From an uncultured bacterium (GTDB taxonomy: Bacteria > Patescibacteriota > Minisyncoccia > Phycocordibacterales > Phycocordibacteraceae), in NCBI GenBank assembly GCA_963759775.1, contig CAVXAH010000001.1, positions 400,682 to 464,681 of the forward strand: 64,000 nucleotides of DNA, in the 5' to 3' direction. The notes beneath the pieces are model-generated. The model made no database searches, was not told the DNA's origin, and worked only from the letters and a program-made list of their open reading frames with translations. Made by a program: the position numbers and the translations under genes. Each line of letters begins with the position of its first letter. Position 1 is the first letter of the stretch. Positions 28,664-37,366 of the stretch are shown in pieces.

Positions 28664-30045
28664 AACTTACCTTCTGCGGAGGTGCAGGGAAAGTTACGGG
28701 TTCTAATTTTTTGGTTGAGGACGATACAAACAAAATACTCATTGACTGCGGCATTGAGCAGGGCAGAGATTTTTCTGAAGCATCCGTGTATGGACCTTTT
28801 CCGTACGATCCGAAAAGCATACAAGCGCTGGTGGTGACCCACGCCCACCTTGACCACGTAGGGCGCATCCCAAAGCTGGTCCGCGACGGTTTTCGAGGCA
28901 AGATTTTTATGACGCCACCGACACGTGACCTCGCAGAGCTCATTTTGCATGACTCCGTAACTCTTTTAGCGGCGGAAGCTAAACGTCGCGGACTGCCACG
29001 TCTCTACGAGGAGAAAGATGTTTCCCTTACCCTTTCTCTCGTTGAGACACTTGGCTATCACGAAGAAAAAGAGGTGGCTCCTGGGTTGTCGGTGTATCTT
29101 CGGAACACCGGGCATATTCTAGGTTCGGCAAGCGTTCGGGTAACGGGGAGTGATGGAACCACAATCGTGGTTACAAGCGATATTGGGAACTCTCCTTCGC
29201 CGCTCTTACCGGACTGGGAGGCGACGCCTGACGCCGATGCTCTTGTGATGGAAAGCGTGTACGGCGACCGTCTTCATCCGTCTGGACAAGGTCGTGTTGA
29301 GCTTTTGCGAGATACGCTTAAAAAAGCCATCGCGCGTGGAGGAGCTATCCTTATTCCGGCGTTTTCCATGGAGCGTACGCAACTCATGCTTTACGAGCTT
29401 TCAAACTTTTTTGATGCAGGGGATTTGCCTAAAATACCAGTGTTTCTGGATTCACCACTCGCGATTAAAGTTACCGACGTGTATGAAAAATACGGACCAA
29501 CGTATTTCAAGCCGGATGCAGAAGCAGAAATGAAACGAGAGGGAAGCCTGTTTGAGTTTCCATTTCTCACAAAAACACTTTCACATGAGGAATCTGAGGA
29601 CATTGCCGAGACGCCGAATCCGAAAATCATTATCGCGGGTGCAGGTATGAGCCACGGCGGTCGCATTGGTCACCACGAAGTTCGCTACTTACCCGACCCT
29701 AAAACAACTCTCTTTATGGTTGGGTATCAGGCGCCGGGAAGTCCAGGACGCCTGCTCCGAGACGGCGCCCCGATAGTTCGCTTGAATGGTCAAGAGGTAA
29801 CGGTACGTGCCAAAGTAGAGCTCCTTGAGGGCTGGTCGGCGCATGCGGACCGTGACGAGCTTTTACAGTTTGCCGAGACAGCGCTTTCTGAAAAGCGCCC
29901 AAAAATCATTTTCACCGCGCTTGGTGAGCCCTCTGCCGCACGCTTCCTTGCACAACGTATCCATGATTTCCTCGGCGCTCGTGCTGTCGTCCCCGAAGCA
30001 GGTCAGACGTGGGAGGTTACAAAACAGAGTGTCTCGCTTAAATGA
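28654..30045 (+). CDS. MBL-fold beta-CASP family nuclease (CPSF/RNA-metabolising type)
   Basis: ...ILIDCGIEQG...VVTHAHLDHVGRIPKLV...; beta-CASP region; ...GWSAHADRDELLQF. Confidence 0.85.
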   Translation: MALKLTFCGGAGKVTGSNFLVEDDTNKILIDCGIEQGRDFSEASVYGPFPYDPKSIQALVVTHAHLDHVGRIPKLVRDGFRGKIFMTPPTRDLAELILHDSVTLLAAEAKRRGLPRLYEEKDVSLTLSLVETLGYHEEKEVAPGLSVYLRNTGHILGSASVRVTGSDGTTIVVTSDIGNSPSPLLPDWEATPDADALVMESVYGDRLHPSGQGRVELLRDTLKKAIARGGAILIPAFSMERTQLMLYELSNFFDAGDLPKIPVFLDSPLAIKVTDVYEKYGPTYFKPDAEAEMKREGSLFEFPFLTKTLSHEESEDIAETPNPKIIIAGAGMSHGGRIGHHEVRYLPDPKTTLFMVGYQAPGSPGRLLRDGAPIVRLNGQEVTVRAKVELLEGWSAHADRDELLQFAETALSEKRPKIIFTALGEPSAARFLAQRIHDFLGARAVVPEAGQTWEVTKQSVSLK

Positions 30046-30070
30046 AAAAACCGCTCGAGAGCGGTTTTTT
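30045..30070. terminator. bidirectional terminator between the beta-CASP gene and rplT
   Basis: AAAAAACCGCT-CGAG-AGCGGTTTTTT. Confidence 0.8.
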
Positions 30071-30082
30071 CATTTTGAAGTA

Positions 30083-30430
30083 TTAGCCGAGCTTCTTTAG
30101 GATGCGAGAGAAGGTCTCTGGGTGGCCTGCGGCAATTTCCGAGAGGACCTTGCGGTCAAGCTTCATTCCGCTTTTCGTGAGCTTATCGATGAACGTGCTG
30201 TATGACTTGTGACCGTTTTCTTTAACAGCTGCATTAATACGCACAATCCAAAGCTGGCGCATGTCGTTTTTCTTGTCGCGTCGGTGTGCAAATGCGTATT
30301 TGCCGGCATGGAGGAGTGCCTCGTGTGCGTAGCGCTCCTTCTTTGAGCGACCGTGACGGTAGCCCTTTGCTCGCTTGAGCAAATTCTTTCTGCGCTTCTG
30401 CGCCATCATTCCTCCTTTGACTCGTGACAT
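30083..30430 (-). CDS. rplT: 50S ribosomal protein L20
   Basis: MSRVKGGMMAQKRRKNLLKRAKGYRHGRSK... Confidence 0.95.
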   Translation of the reverse strand: MSRVKGGMMAQKRRKNLLKRAKGYRHGRSKKERYAHEALLHAGKYAFAHRRDKKNDMRQLWIVRINAAVKENGHKSYSTFIDKLTKSGMKLDRKVLSEIAAGHPETFSRILKKLG

Positions 30431-30458
30431 AGATAAAAAATTAGAAAATTAAAAAACG

Positions 30459-30647
30459 TTAGCGGACGGAAAGGAAATGGTTTCGCATACCCTTAGAGAG
30501 CGCGATGGTTACCTGACCGCGTTTTGCGCGGCGCTGGTTTCCGCTTTGCTTTGCGTTGAAATGGTTTTGACCCTTTGCACGCGCAATGAGTTTGCCGTTA
30601 CGCGTTACGCGGATTCTTTTAGTGTATGACTTATTTGTTTTCTTCAT
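30459..30647 (-). CDS. rpmI: 50S ribosomal protein L35
   Basis: MKKTNKSYTKRIRVTRNGKLIARAKGQNHFNAKQSG. Internal ATG, since the ORF-track extension overlaps infC. Confidence 0.9.
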   Translation of the reverse strand: MKKTNKSYTKRIRVTRNGKLIARAKGQNHFNAKQSGNQRRAKRGQVTIALSKGMRNHFLSVR

Positions 30648-31200
30648 GGTTTGGAATTTTTTGTTCTTTCTCGCGCTTTGTTTGAGCCGCCTGGTCTCTT
30701 TCGATAACAGCCGCAAATCCTTTCGGACTTCGGGCATTTGGCTCTGCAATTCGGTACGCGTAGGGAATACGAAGAAGAAACTTCTCAAGACGGTCCTTGA
30801 GAAAGGCTTCGTCCATCCCTTTATAGCGGCCCTTGAGGAAAAGTTCAGCTCGGACTCGATGGCCTTCGGCGAGCCATTCAGCCGCCTTTTTGGCTTTCAG
30901 CATCATGTCGTGATCGCCGGTACCGACCTTAATCTGGACCTCTTTAGTTTCCGAGATCCGTATCTTCGCCTTGACGGCCTTTTCCTTCTTGCTTCGCTCG
31001 TATTCAAATTTACCATAATCCGTGATCTTCGCAACGGGCGGCACCGCCATCGGCGAAATCTCAATTAAATCCAATCCGGCCGCTTTTGCGGCGGCGAGTG
31101 CCTCTGAAATGGAGATGACCCCGAGGTTTTCACCCGCAGCACCTATCACGCGCAGTTCGCGCGCGCGGATTTCATGGTTCATGCGAAGTTGTTCAGCCAC
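30631..31200 (-). CDS. infC: translation initiation factor IF-3 (GTG start as read)
   Basis: ...NHEIRARELRVIGAAGENLGVISISEALAAAKAAGLDLIEISPMAVPPVAKITDYGKFEYE.... Confidence 0.93.
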   Translation of the reverse strand: MAEQLRMNHEIRARELRVIGAAGENLGVISISEALAAAKAAGLDLIEISPMAVPPVAKITDYGKFEYERSKKEKAVKAKIRISETKEVQIKVGTGDHDMMLKAKKAAEWLAEGHRVRAELFLKGRYKGMDEAFLKDRLEKFLLRIPYAYRIAEPNARSPKGFAAVIERDQAAQTKREKEQKIPNHEENK

Positions 31201-31247
31201 TGGGAAAGTACGTAGAATCTACCACAATTTATAGATCTCGCGCAATG

Positions 31248-32168
31248 TCACTCTACAATCTGATTTGGGTCTGAAAGGACAATTTCAGCGCGTCCTTCGT
31301 AGGAAACGATCTTTCCGGTGAGCGTTACTTCTTTGCCGGAGTATTGGGAAAGTGAACCAAATTGCTTTACATCGTCTGCGAAAATGACGGCAGAGAAGGG
31401 ACAGGTTTTGTAGTTCGTGCAGTAGTCAAAAAAGACCGTGCCGCTTTTGGAAGTGTAGGCGCGAAGGACCCTTCCGCGCACGGAGGCGTATTCGCCGATG
31501 TGTTTCGGGGTTTCAGTAAAATCGTACACGCCACCTGAAACACTCGCGGCGGCTCCTGCCGCCGCGTTTCCTTTATAGGCTTCAAGAAGCCGTTTCAAAA
31601 TATTCTCGTATGCCTGTCGAAGCGCTGGGTCGGTGCCGATCTGGAGAATTTCGTCGTTAATGGTCGTCGCGGACTTGGTCCAGTTGTAGCTTCCAAATGC
31701 ATAGGCCTGTTCGGTCACAAGAAGCTTCAAGTGCATGATGCCATTTCCGCTTGCGTGGCGTTCCGTGACTATAGGAATTCCTGCAGAGCGCAATTTCTCG
31801 GTGATAGGCGAGCCGTAGCTATTTGAGCTCTGCTCGCTGTCCATAATTCCTTTCACCACGACGCCGCGCTTATGCGCGGCGACAAGAGCATCCGCAACGT
31901 TGCTCAAAGTGAAGGTGTAAATCGCAAAATAAATATGGTCCTCGGCTTCGTTAATGAGCGCGATGAGCTCTTGGTCGTTTTGTTTTGCATCAAGGCTATA
32001 AATAACGCGCGTGGTGCCCGCCTTGGGGGCATCAACCGTCTGAACGGGGATGCTTACTGCGGCGCCGGCTACCGGCGCCGCTTCTCTTGCCCCGGTCGTG
32101 TATCCGACACCTCCTGCGGCTATCGCAAGTACGAGCGCGACTACCGCGCGCATAAGTTTCAATTTCAT
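31248..32168 (-). CDS. membrane-anchored/secreted phospholipase-D-family nuclease with C-terminal OB-fold-like domain
   Basis: N-terminal helix MKLKLMRAVVALVLAIAAGGVG. HKD motif GIMHLKLLVTEQAYAFGSYNWTKSATTINDE. C-terminus ...GEYASVRGRVLRAYTSKSGTVFFDYC...GKEVTLTGKIVSYEGRAEIVL. Confidence 0.8.
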   Translation of the reverse strand: MKLKLMRAVVALVLAIAAGGVGYTTGAREAAPVAGAAVSIPVQTVDAPKAGTTRVIYSLDAKQNDQELIALINEAEDHIYFAIYTFTLSNVADALVAAHKRGVVVKGIMDSEQSSNSYGSPITEKLRSAGIPIVTERHASGNGIMHLKLLVTEQAYAFGSYNWTKSATTINDEILQIGTDPALRQAYENILKRLLEAYKGNAAAGAAASVSGGVYDFTETPKHIGEYASVRGRVLRAYTSKSGTVFFDYCTNYKTCPFSAVIFADDVKQFGSLSQYSGKEVTLTGKIVSYEGRAEIVLSDPNQIVE

Positions 32169-32297
32169 CCCGTTAGAGGTAGGAAATCGTCAGACGATTT
32201 CCGTACAATTATGAACGAACGTATTAAATTTTGACCATCTCATTCAAGTAATGGTAGCACCGACTGATCTGCGGTTTTCACCTCTAACGGGATTCAT
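32164..32297 (-). mobile_element. MITE-like TIR element, family 1, copy 1 (123 bp) with flanking ATGAA direct repeats, sitting on the start codon of the PLD nuclease gene
   Basis: Minus strand reads TATGAT-GTGCCC-ATGAAT | CCCGTTAGAGGT ... GGAAATCG-TCTGA-CGATTTCC-T-ACCTCTAACGGG | ATGAAA (gene start). Plus-strand TIRs at 32169-32180 and 32280-32291. Confidence 0.6.
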
Positions 32298-32323
32298 GGG
32301 CACATCATAGCGTATCCAAATGG

Positions 32324-32338
32324 TATGTTGCTTGCATG
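32324..32338 (+). promoter_or_regulatory. extended -10 (TGgTATGTT) + 6 nt + ATG (leaderless layout)
   Basis: TATGTT 32324-32329, GCTTGC, ATG 32336. Confidence 0.55.
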
Positions 32339-32770
32339 GACGAGAAACGTTTTGAGGAAATAGCGGCCGAAGAATTTGCGAAGGTTCCGGAACATTTTGC
32401 ACGCAAAATAGAAAACCTCGCGCTTCTTATCGAGGAGGAGCCGAGTGAGGGAGTACGAAGGGAAGAGGGACTAGAGGAAGGCGAAACGTTGCTTGGTCTA
32501 TACCACGGCGTTCCGCTCTCGGAGCGCGGAAATGAATACGGAAACGCAGGCACTCTGCCGGACACTATTACTTTGTACCGAATTCCGCTTCTTGAAGAAG
32601 CAGATATGTTGGTTGAAGAAAAGAAAGCAGGAGATTTTGACGAGGGGGTCCGACTCGCTATCCGTGAGACGCTGTGGCACGAGATTGGCCACTATTTTGG
32701 TCTCGGAGAAGAGGCGGTGCACGCGCGCGAAGAGACAGGAACAAATCAATTTAAAAAACCGGACGCATAA
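32336..32770 (+). CDS. small zinc metallopeptidase-family protein (DUF1025/zincin-like)
   Basis: HEIGHYFG zinc-binding motif near the C-terminus; acidic 144-aa protein. Confidence 0.75.
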   Translation: MDEKRFEEIAAEEFAKVPEHFARKIENLALLIEEEPSEGVRREEGLEEGETLLGLYHGVPLSERGNEYGNAGTLPDTITLYRIPLLEEADMLVEEKKAGDFDEGVRLAIRETLWHEIGHYFGLGEEAVHAREETGTNQFKKPDA

Positions 32771-32920
32771 AGAACCCTGCTCAGAAGCAGGGACCAGGTT
32801 CTTTGCTGGACAAGGATGCGGCCTCCGCCGCTCATAGTTAGATGTTGCGTCCATTCAAACCCTCACAAAGCTTCGGGTCGTCTGGACGCCTCCAGTAGCG
32901 TCCGGCTTCCATTTAAGTAA

Positions 32921-32947
32921 GAGACCAGACGCGCAGCGTCTGGTCTC
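32921..32947. terminator. 12-bp hairpin downstream of the small minus-strand ORF
   Basis: GAGACCAGACGC-GCA-GCGTCTGGTCTC. Confidence 0.55.
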
Positions 32948-32952
32948 GTTGA

Positions 32953-33126
32953 TTAGTGCGGGAGAGAACCTGCGTATGAGGCAAGTATTCCAGCGGCAAG
33001 AAGTGCTTTCTGCGCGCTTTGAAGGAGTGTGACGAGGGTTTTAGTAAGTTCGTCAAACACCGCGGGCATAAGCAATATGAGGACGAGCAAAAAGATTCCA
33101 AAACCAAACGAGCGAAGTATTTTCAT
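32953..33126 (-). CDS. unlisted small membrane protein (57 aa)
   Basis: Hand translation gives MKILRSFGFGIFLLVLILLMPAVFDELTKTLVTLLQSAQKALLAAGILASYAGSLPH*. It is below the 60-aa ORF-track cutoff and is followed by a strong hairpin. Confidence 0.45.
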   Translation of the reverse strand: MKILRSFGFGIFLLVLILLMPAVFDELTKTLVTLLQSAQKALLAAGILASYAGSLPH

Positions 33127-33240
33127 ACAATCTCGCTATGAATAAGCCACAGTGCAAAGCAAAGTGACAAGATACGGGGCGGTATCTTTTTGCTCGACTC
33201 ATTTCAAGGTCCTTCCGCTTTATATAACCAACAAACGGAG

Positions 33241-33255
33241 TACAATAGTTGCATG
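33241..33255 (+). promoter_or_regulatory. -10 box + 6 nt + ATG (leaderless layout)
   Basis: TACAAT 33241-33246, AGTTGC, ATG 33253. Confidence 0.55.
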
Positions 33256-33723
33256 GAAAAAGCTACGTTTGCGGCCGGGTGCTTTTGGGGAGTGGAAGCA
33301 TCATTTCTTGCACAGGCGGGTGTAACCGACGCCGCGTCGGGCTACACGGGCGGGCATGTCAAAAATCCAACCTACGAGCAAGTGTGCGGCGGAGACACAG
33401 GTCACGCAGAAGCAGTCGAAGTCACATTTGACCCCTCGAAAGTTTCGTATGAGACTCTCGTGAAGAAATTCTTCGCGCTCCACGACCCGACACAAATGAA
33501 TCGCCAGGGACCCGATGTGGGGGAGCAATACCGATCCGTTGTTTTCTTTCACTCGGGAGATCAGCAAGCTGTTGCAGAAAAAATAAAGAAAGAGCTCGGG
33601 AAGAATTATCTTCCGAAAACAATCGCGACCTCAATTGAGCCTGCAAAAGAATTCTGGAAAGCGGAGGAGTATCACCAGCGCTACGCCGAGAAGCATCCGG
33701 GTAGGGTAGTATGTCATATATAG
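33253..33723 (+). CDS. msrA: peptide methionine (S)-sulfoxide reductase MsrA
   Basis: MEKATFAAGCFWGVE...GHAEAVEVTFDP...HDPTQMNRQGPDVGEQYRS. Confidence 0.94.
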   Translation: MEKATFAAGCFWGVEASFLAQAGVTDAASGYTGGHVKNPTYEQVCGGDTGHAEAVEVTFDPSKVSYETLVKKFFALHDPTQMNRQGPDVGEQYRSVVFFHSGDQQAVAEKIKKELGKNYLPKTIATSIEPAKEFWKAEEYHQRYAEKHPGRVVCHI

Positions 33724-33727
33724 ACAT

Positions 33728-34018
33728 ATGGACGGAGATCGACCACGAGTAACACCAACAGAATGGAGAGAGAAAGTGCGTCCTGCGCTTGCAAATGATG
33801 GGTTCAGTGAAAAGCAGCGCGACAAACTCGAAGTGATTTTCAATCACAGCCTCGTGCAGGACCCGACTCGCTCTAGCTGGAAACCGGGAATTGATGAGCC
33901 GACACTCACGAAAACTATAGAGTATCTTCGTGAAAATAAAGACGCCAGTTCTTTTAGCGGAGAACAGCTCGACCGGATAGAAGCAATTATTAAAAGATAC
34001 ATAACACTACGCTCATGA
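33728..34018 (+). CDS. hypothetical protein (96 aa)
   Basis: Intact ORF tightly packed between msrA and the SIMPL gene; no motif recognised. Confidence 0.5.
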   Translation: MDGDRPRVTPTEWREKVRPALANDGFSEKQRDKLEVIFNHSLVQDPTRSSWKPGIDEPTLTKTIEYLRENKDASSFSGEQLDRIEAIIKRYITLRS

Positions 34019-34755
34019 ACGAAAACAGCTTTTGGAGAAATCAGTTCGTACCGCTCGGAGTTTTGCTCGGTGCGGCGTTCGTTATCGTTGGCATTATTGC
34101 GGCCTCCGCCGCGATTTCAATCAGAAATGCCGGAAATACTATTTCTGTCACAGGCTCGGCAACAACTCAAGTGAAAGCAGACACCGCAACTTGGACCGTA
34201 ACCGCAACGCGATCAGCTTTTGAAAACACATTACCTTCCGCGACGGCGCAGGTAATCGCGGACGGAGCCAAAGTAGTTACTTTTTTCAAAAACGCAGGTA
34301 TTCCGGAAGACCACATAACACTTGGGGCAGTGCACACCGATCAAGACTATTCGTACAGTTCAGACGCAAATGCGCCGAAGCGCTACGCAGTCCGACAGGA
34401 TGTCGTGGTGACGGGAGAAGATCCGATCCGTGTTCAAAAACTTTCACAAAATATGAGTGCACTTGCTAACCAGGGTGTTGTTCTTTTCGTCTCTGATCCG
34501 CAATACCGCATTTCAAACTTGCCGGAACTCAGAGTCTCTCTTATGGGAGAGGCTGTGAAAGATGCACAGGCACGCGCCGAGCAAATTGTAAAAAACACAG
34601 GGCAGGGAGTAGGACGTCTCCAGTCCGCTTCAAGTGGCGTCGTGCAGGTTCTCGCGGGAAACTCAACCGAAGTTTCCGACTACGGTGCGTATGACACTTC
34701 TACAATAGACAAGACAGTGATGGTCACCGTTCGCGCGACGTTTTCGGTGAAATAA
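34015..34755 (+). CDS. SIMPL-domain (DUF541) protein with N-terminal TM helix
   Basis: ...ISVTGSATTQVKADTATWTVTATRSA...VMVTVRATFSV, typical SIMPL ends. Confidence 0.7.
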   Translation: MNENSFWRNQFVPLGVLLGAAFVIVGIIAASAAISIRNAGNTISVTGSATTQVKADTATWTVTATRSAFENTLPSATAQVIADGAKVVTFFKNAGIPEDHITLGAVHTDQDYSYSSDANAPKRYAVRQDVVVTGEDPIRVQKLSQNMSALANQGVVLFVSDPQYRISNLPELRVSLMGEAVKDAQARAEQIVKNTGQGVGRLQSASSGVVQVLAGNSTEVSDYGAYDTSTIDKTVMVTVRATFSVK

Positions 34756-34759
34756 GTTT

Positions 34760-35155
34760 CTATTTTTCTTCAAACGCGAGACAGACTGAGTTAATGCAAT
34801 AACGCTTGCCGCCCTTATCTTTCGGACCGTCGTCAAAGACGTGTCCCAAGTGCCCACCGCATTTTTTGCAATACACCTCGGTGCGATGCATACCAAGGTC
34901 CTCGTCCGAGCGCGTGCCGACATTTTCCGCAACGGCCGGATCAGTGAAGGATGGCCACCCGGTACCGGAATCAAATTTGGCATCTGAAGAAAAAAGCATG
35001 GTCCCGCACGCCTTACAGCGATAGACGCCTGCCTCCTTGTTGTCTACGTATTCGCCTGCAAACGCTGCCTCTGTTCCGCCCTCGCGAAGGACGTGGTATT
35101 CCTCAGGCGTGAGCTCCTGCTGCCACTCCTCGTCCGTTTTTTCTATTGGTTTCAT
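34760..35155 (-). CDS. msrB: peptide methionine (R)-sulfoxide reductase MsrB
   Basis: ...YRCKACGTMLFSS..KFDSGTGWPSF...CKKCGGHLGHVFDDGP...RYCINS. Confidence 0.94.
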   Translation of the reverse strand: MKPIEKTDEEWQQELTPEEYHVLREGGTEAAFAGEYVDNKEAGVYRCKACGTMLFSSDAKFDSGTGWPSFTDPAVAENVGTRSDEDLGMHRTEVYCKKCGGHLGHVFDDGPKDKGGKRYCINSVCLAFEEK

Positions 35156-35167
35156 GAGCTTATTTTA
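35153..35167 (-). promoter_or_regulatory. extended -10 (TGgTAAAAT) + 6 nt + ATG on the minus strand (leaderless msrB)
   Basis: Minus strand reads TGGTAAAAT-AAGCTC-ATG. Confidence 0.55.
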
Positions 35168-35194
35168 CCATTTGCAAAGCGAGAGAAGCACGAG

Positions 35195-35209
35195 TACGAT
35201 GTCGCCATG
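35195..35209 (+). promoter_or_regulatory. -10-like box + 6 nt + ATG (leaderless layout)
   Basis: TACGAT 35195-35200, GTCGCC, ATG 35207. Confidence 0.5.
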
Positions 35210-35707
35210 ACTAAGCGTTTCGCCACCGTCGCCATACTCCTGCTCGCATTTTTAGGTCTCGCCGACTCGGTATACCTCACCCAAAGCGAGACAAATGGTT
35301 CGCCACTCCTCTGTGATATTAATTCGCTGACGGGCTGCAACATTGTCGCGCAAAGCCCGTACTCTCAATTTCTCGGCATCCCACTTGCCGAGTACGGTCT
35401 TCTTTTTTACGTCGTGCTATTCGTTATCGCCGCACTTGAACTTGCAGTTCTGCACCATCTTGTCCGACGTGTGATGCAAGGACTTGCGATGGCAGGTTTT
35501 CTCATGTCCGCATATTTTGTCGCTATCCAACTCTTCGTTATCAAAGCACTCTGCATCTACTGCTTGCTCTCCGCTTTTATTGTTTTATGTATTTTCTTTC
35601 TGGCGTTCTTGCTCGAACCAATACGAAAGAGTCCGCCTCAAACGGGAAGTCCCGTTCCGCCACCAGCCTCACCTCGTCCACGGTTTTCAATGCCACCCTC
35701 GGCGTAA
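35207..35707 (+). CDS. vitamin K epoxide reductase (VKOR) family membrane protein
   Basis: ...LADSVYLT...LLCDINSLTGCNIV...; TM helices; CIYC redox motif; Pro-rich tail. Confidence 0.8.
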   Translation: MTKRFATVAILLLAFLGLADSVYLTQSETNGSPLLCDINSLTGCNIVAQSPYSQFLGIPLAEYGLLFYVVLFVIAALELAVLHHLVRRVMQGLAMAGFLMSAYFVAIQLFVIKALCIYCLLSAFIVLCIFFLAFLLEPIRKSPPQTGSPVPPPASPRPRFSMPPSA

Positions 35708-35714
35708 AAGCACC

Positions 35715-36881
35715 ATGAAGCGCCTCTCTCTTATCGCGCTCTCACTCCTCTTTCCGGCAGTTGTGTTCGGGGCATCAGCTTCTTCCGCCACCTCTACGTT
35801 TCATTTAAATCAGAATGTGCTCCTCGCAATCCCAACACTCGGAAGTGTGTACGCGGCAGGTGCCACCGTTGCGATTACGGGCTCTTCAAAAGGGGATGTG
35901 TCGGCGGCAGGTGGTTCTGTCGTGGTTGCGGCTCCCGTTGAGGGCGATGTTCTTCTTGTGGGAGGCTCGGTCTCGCTCCGCGCACCGATTTCAGGCGACG
36001 CGCGTCTCGCTGGTGGAAGCATCACCATCGCGAAGCCAATTACGGGAGATCTCGTTGCACTTGGCGGCTCGATTTCTGACACGGGCGGTGGCTCAAGAGA
36101 TGTTCTTATTGTTGCGGCAAACGTGACGCTTGCAGCCGGTGCAAAAGGACCGGTTTCCGTGTACGCAAACCACGTCGCGCTTGAGGGTGTCTTTGAAGGT
36201 GATGTACACATTGTTGCGGGCGGCAGAGTCTCGCTTGGGAAGAATGCGATTATCGCCGGAGAACTTTTCTATCAGTCGCCAGAGCGAGCTCGAATGGATC
36301 CTTCGGCGAAAGTTATGGGCGGCATCCACTACACCGGACCCTCATATCTGCCGACTTCAGAACAGTCGCACGCACTCATCCTTGCCGGCTTCGGCGTGTA
36401 CCTTTTCATCCGTTTTCTTGCCGTAGTTATCCTCGCGGGACTTCTCGCCGGCCTTTTTCCGCGGATTACGAGCGCGGTGAGAGAGTCGGCCTTTGAAAGC
36501 GATATACGAGGAAAGTTCCTCGCATTTCTTCTCGGGTTTGGAGTACTCGTTGCCGCGCCAGTACTTATCGTGCTCCTGATGCTTTCGTTCGTGGGTATCG
36601 GTATCGCACTTCTTGGTGTGGCGCTCTATGTACTCCTCGCCATCACCGCTTTTGTATACGCTGGCATTCTCGTGGGAGCACTCCTCGCACAAGTACTTTG
36701 GAAGCGGGAGACGATTCTTTGGAGGGACGGAGCAATGGGCATGCTCGTGCTTTCTTTTGTGGGCCTCATTCCCACGCTCGGAGGACTTCTTATGGCACTT
36801 CTTGTTGCATTTACGGCTGGAACGCTGGTAATGCTTCTCTTTCATCTCCTCTTCCCACATGATGAGGGTACAATAGAGTAA
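35715..36881 (+). CDS. secreted beta-helix repeat (bactofilin/polymer-forming-like) domain fused to a C-terminal multi-TM domain
   Basis: Signal peptide MKRLSLIALSLLFPAVVFGASA. Repeated GDV..AGGSV.V / GDARLAGGSITI units, then 4-5 hydrophobic helices. Confidence 0.7.
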   Translation: MKRLSLIALSLLFPAVVFGASASSATSTFHLNQNVLLAIPTLGSVYAAGATVAITGSSKGDVSAAGGSVVVAAPVEGDVLLVGGSVSLRAPISGDARLAGGSITIAKPITGDLVALGGSISDTGGGSRDVLIVAANVTLAAGAKGPVSVYANHVALEGVFEGDVHIVAGGRVSLGKNAIIAGELFYQSPERARMDPSAKVMGGIHYTGPSYLPTSEQSHALILAGFGVYLFIRFLAVVILAGLLAGLFPRITSAVRESAFESDIRGKFLAFLLGFGVLVAAPVLIVLLMLSFVGIGIALLGVALYVLLAITAFVYAGILVGALLAQVLWKRETILWRDGAMGMLVLSFVGLIPTLGGLLMALLVAFTAGTLVMLLFHLLFPHDEGTIE

Positions 36882-37366
36882 TGAAGATACCACCCGTCAA
36901 GAGCGTCGCGCCAGATTTCACTCTTCCTGACCAAAACGGAGAATTACACACACTGTCTTCGTACGCCGGCAAGTGGGTTCTTTTGTATTTTTATCCGAAA
37001 GACGACACGCCGGGCTGTACCATTGAGGCGTGCACGATTCGCGACCAGTTTAATGATTTCCAAAGAATTGCTGCAGTGGTGCTCGGTGTTTCTACCGATT
37101 CCGTGAAGAGTCATAAGAAGTTTGCTGACGCATACCAGCTTCCATTTACTCTGCTTGCCGATGAACACAGGGAGGTGGTGGGGCAGTATGGTGTTTGGGA
37201 GGAGAAGAAGTTTATGGGAAAAAAGTACATGGGTACGCTCCGCACTTCCTTTCTCATTGACCCTGCGGGCCGCATTGCGAAAGTGTACGAAAAAGTGAAG
37301 CCTAAAAAGCATGCCGCTGAAGTGCTTGCCGACCTTGAGGTAATGGCGGTCCCTCGCACGAAATGA
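36881..37366 (+). CDS. bcp: thiol peroxidase, Bcp-type peroxiredoxin
   Basis: ...VLLYFYPKDDTPGCTIEAC... Confidence 0.92.
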   Translation: MKIPPVKSVAPDFTLPDQNGELHTLSSYAGKWVLLYFYPKDDTPGCTIEACTIRDQFNDFQRIAAVVLGVSTDSVKSHKKFADAYQLPFTLLADEHREVVGQYGVWEEKKFMGKKYMGTLRTSFLIDPAGRIAKVYEKVKPKKHAAEVLADLEVMAVPRTK

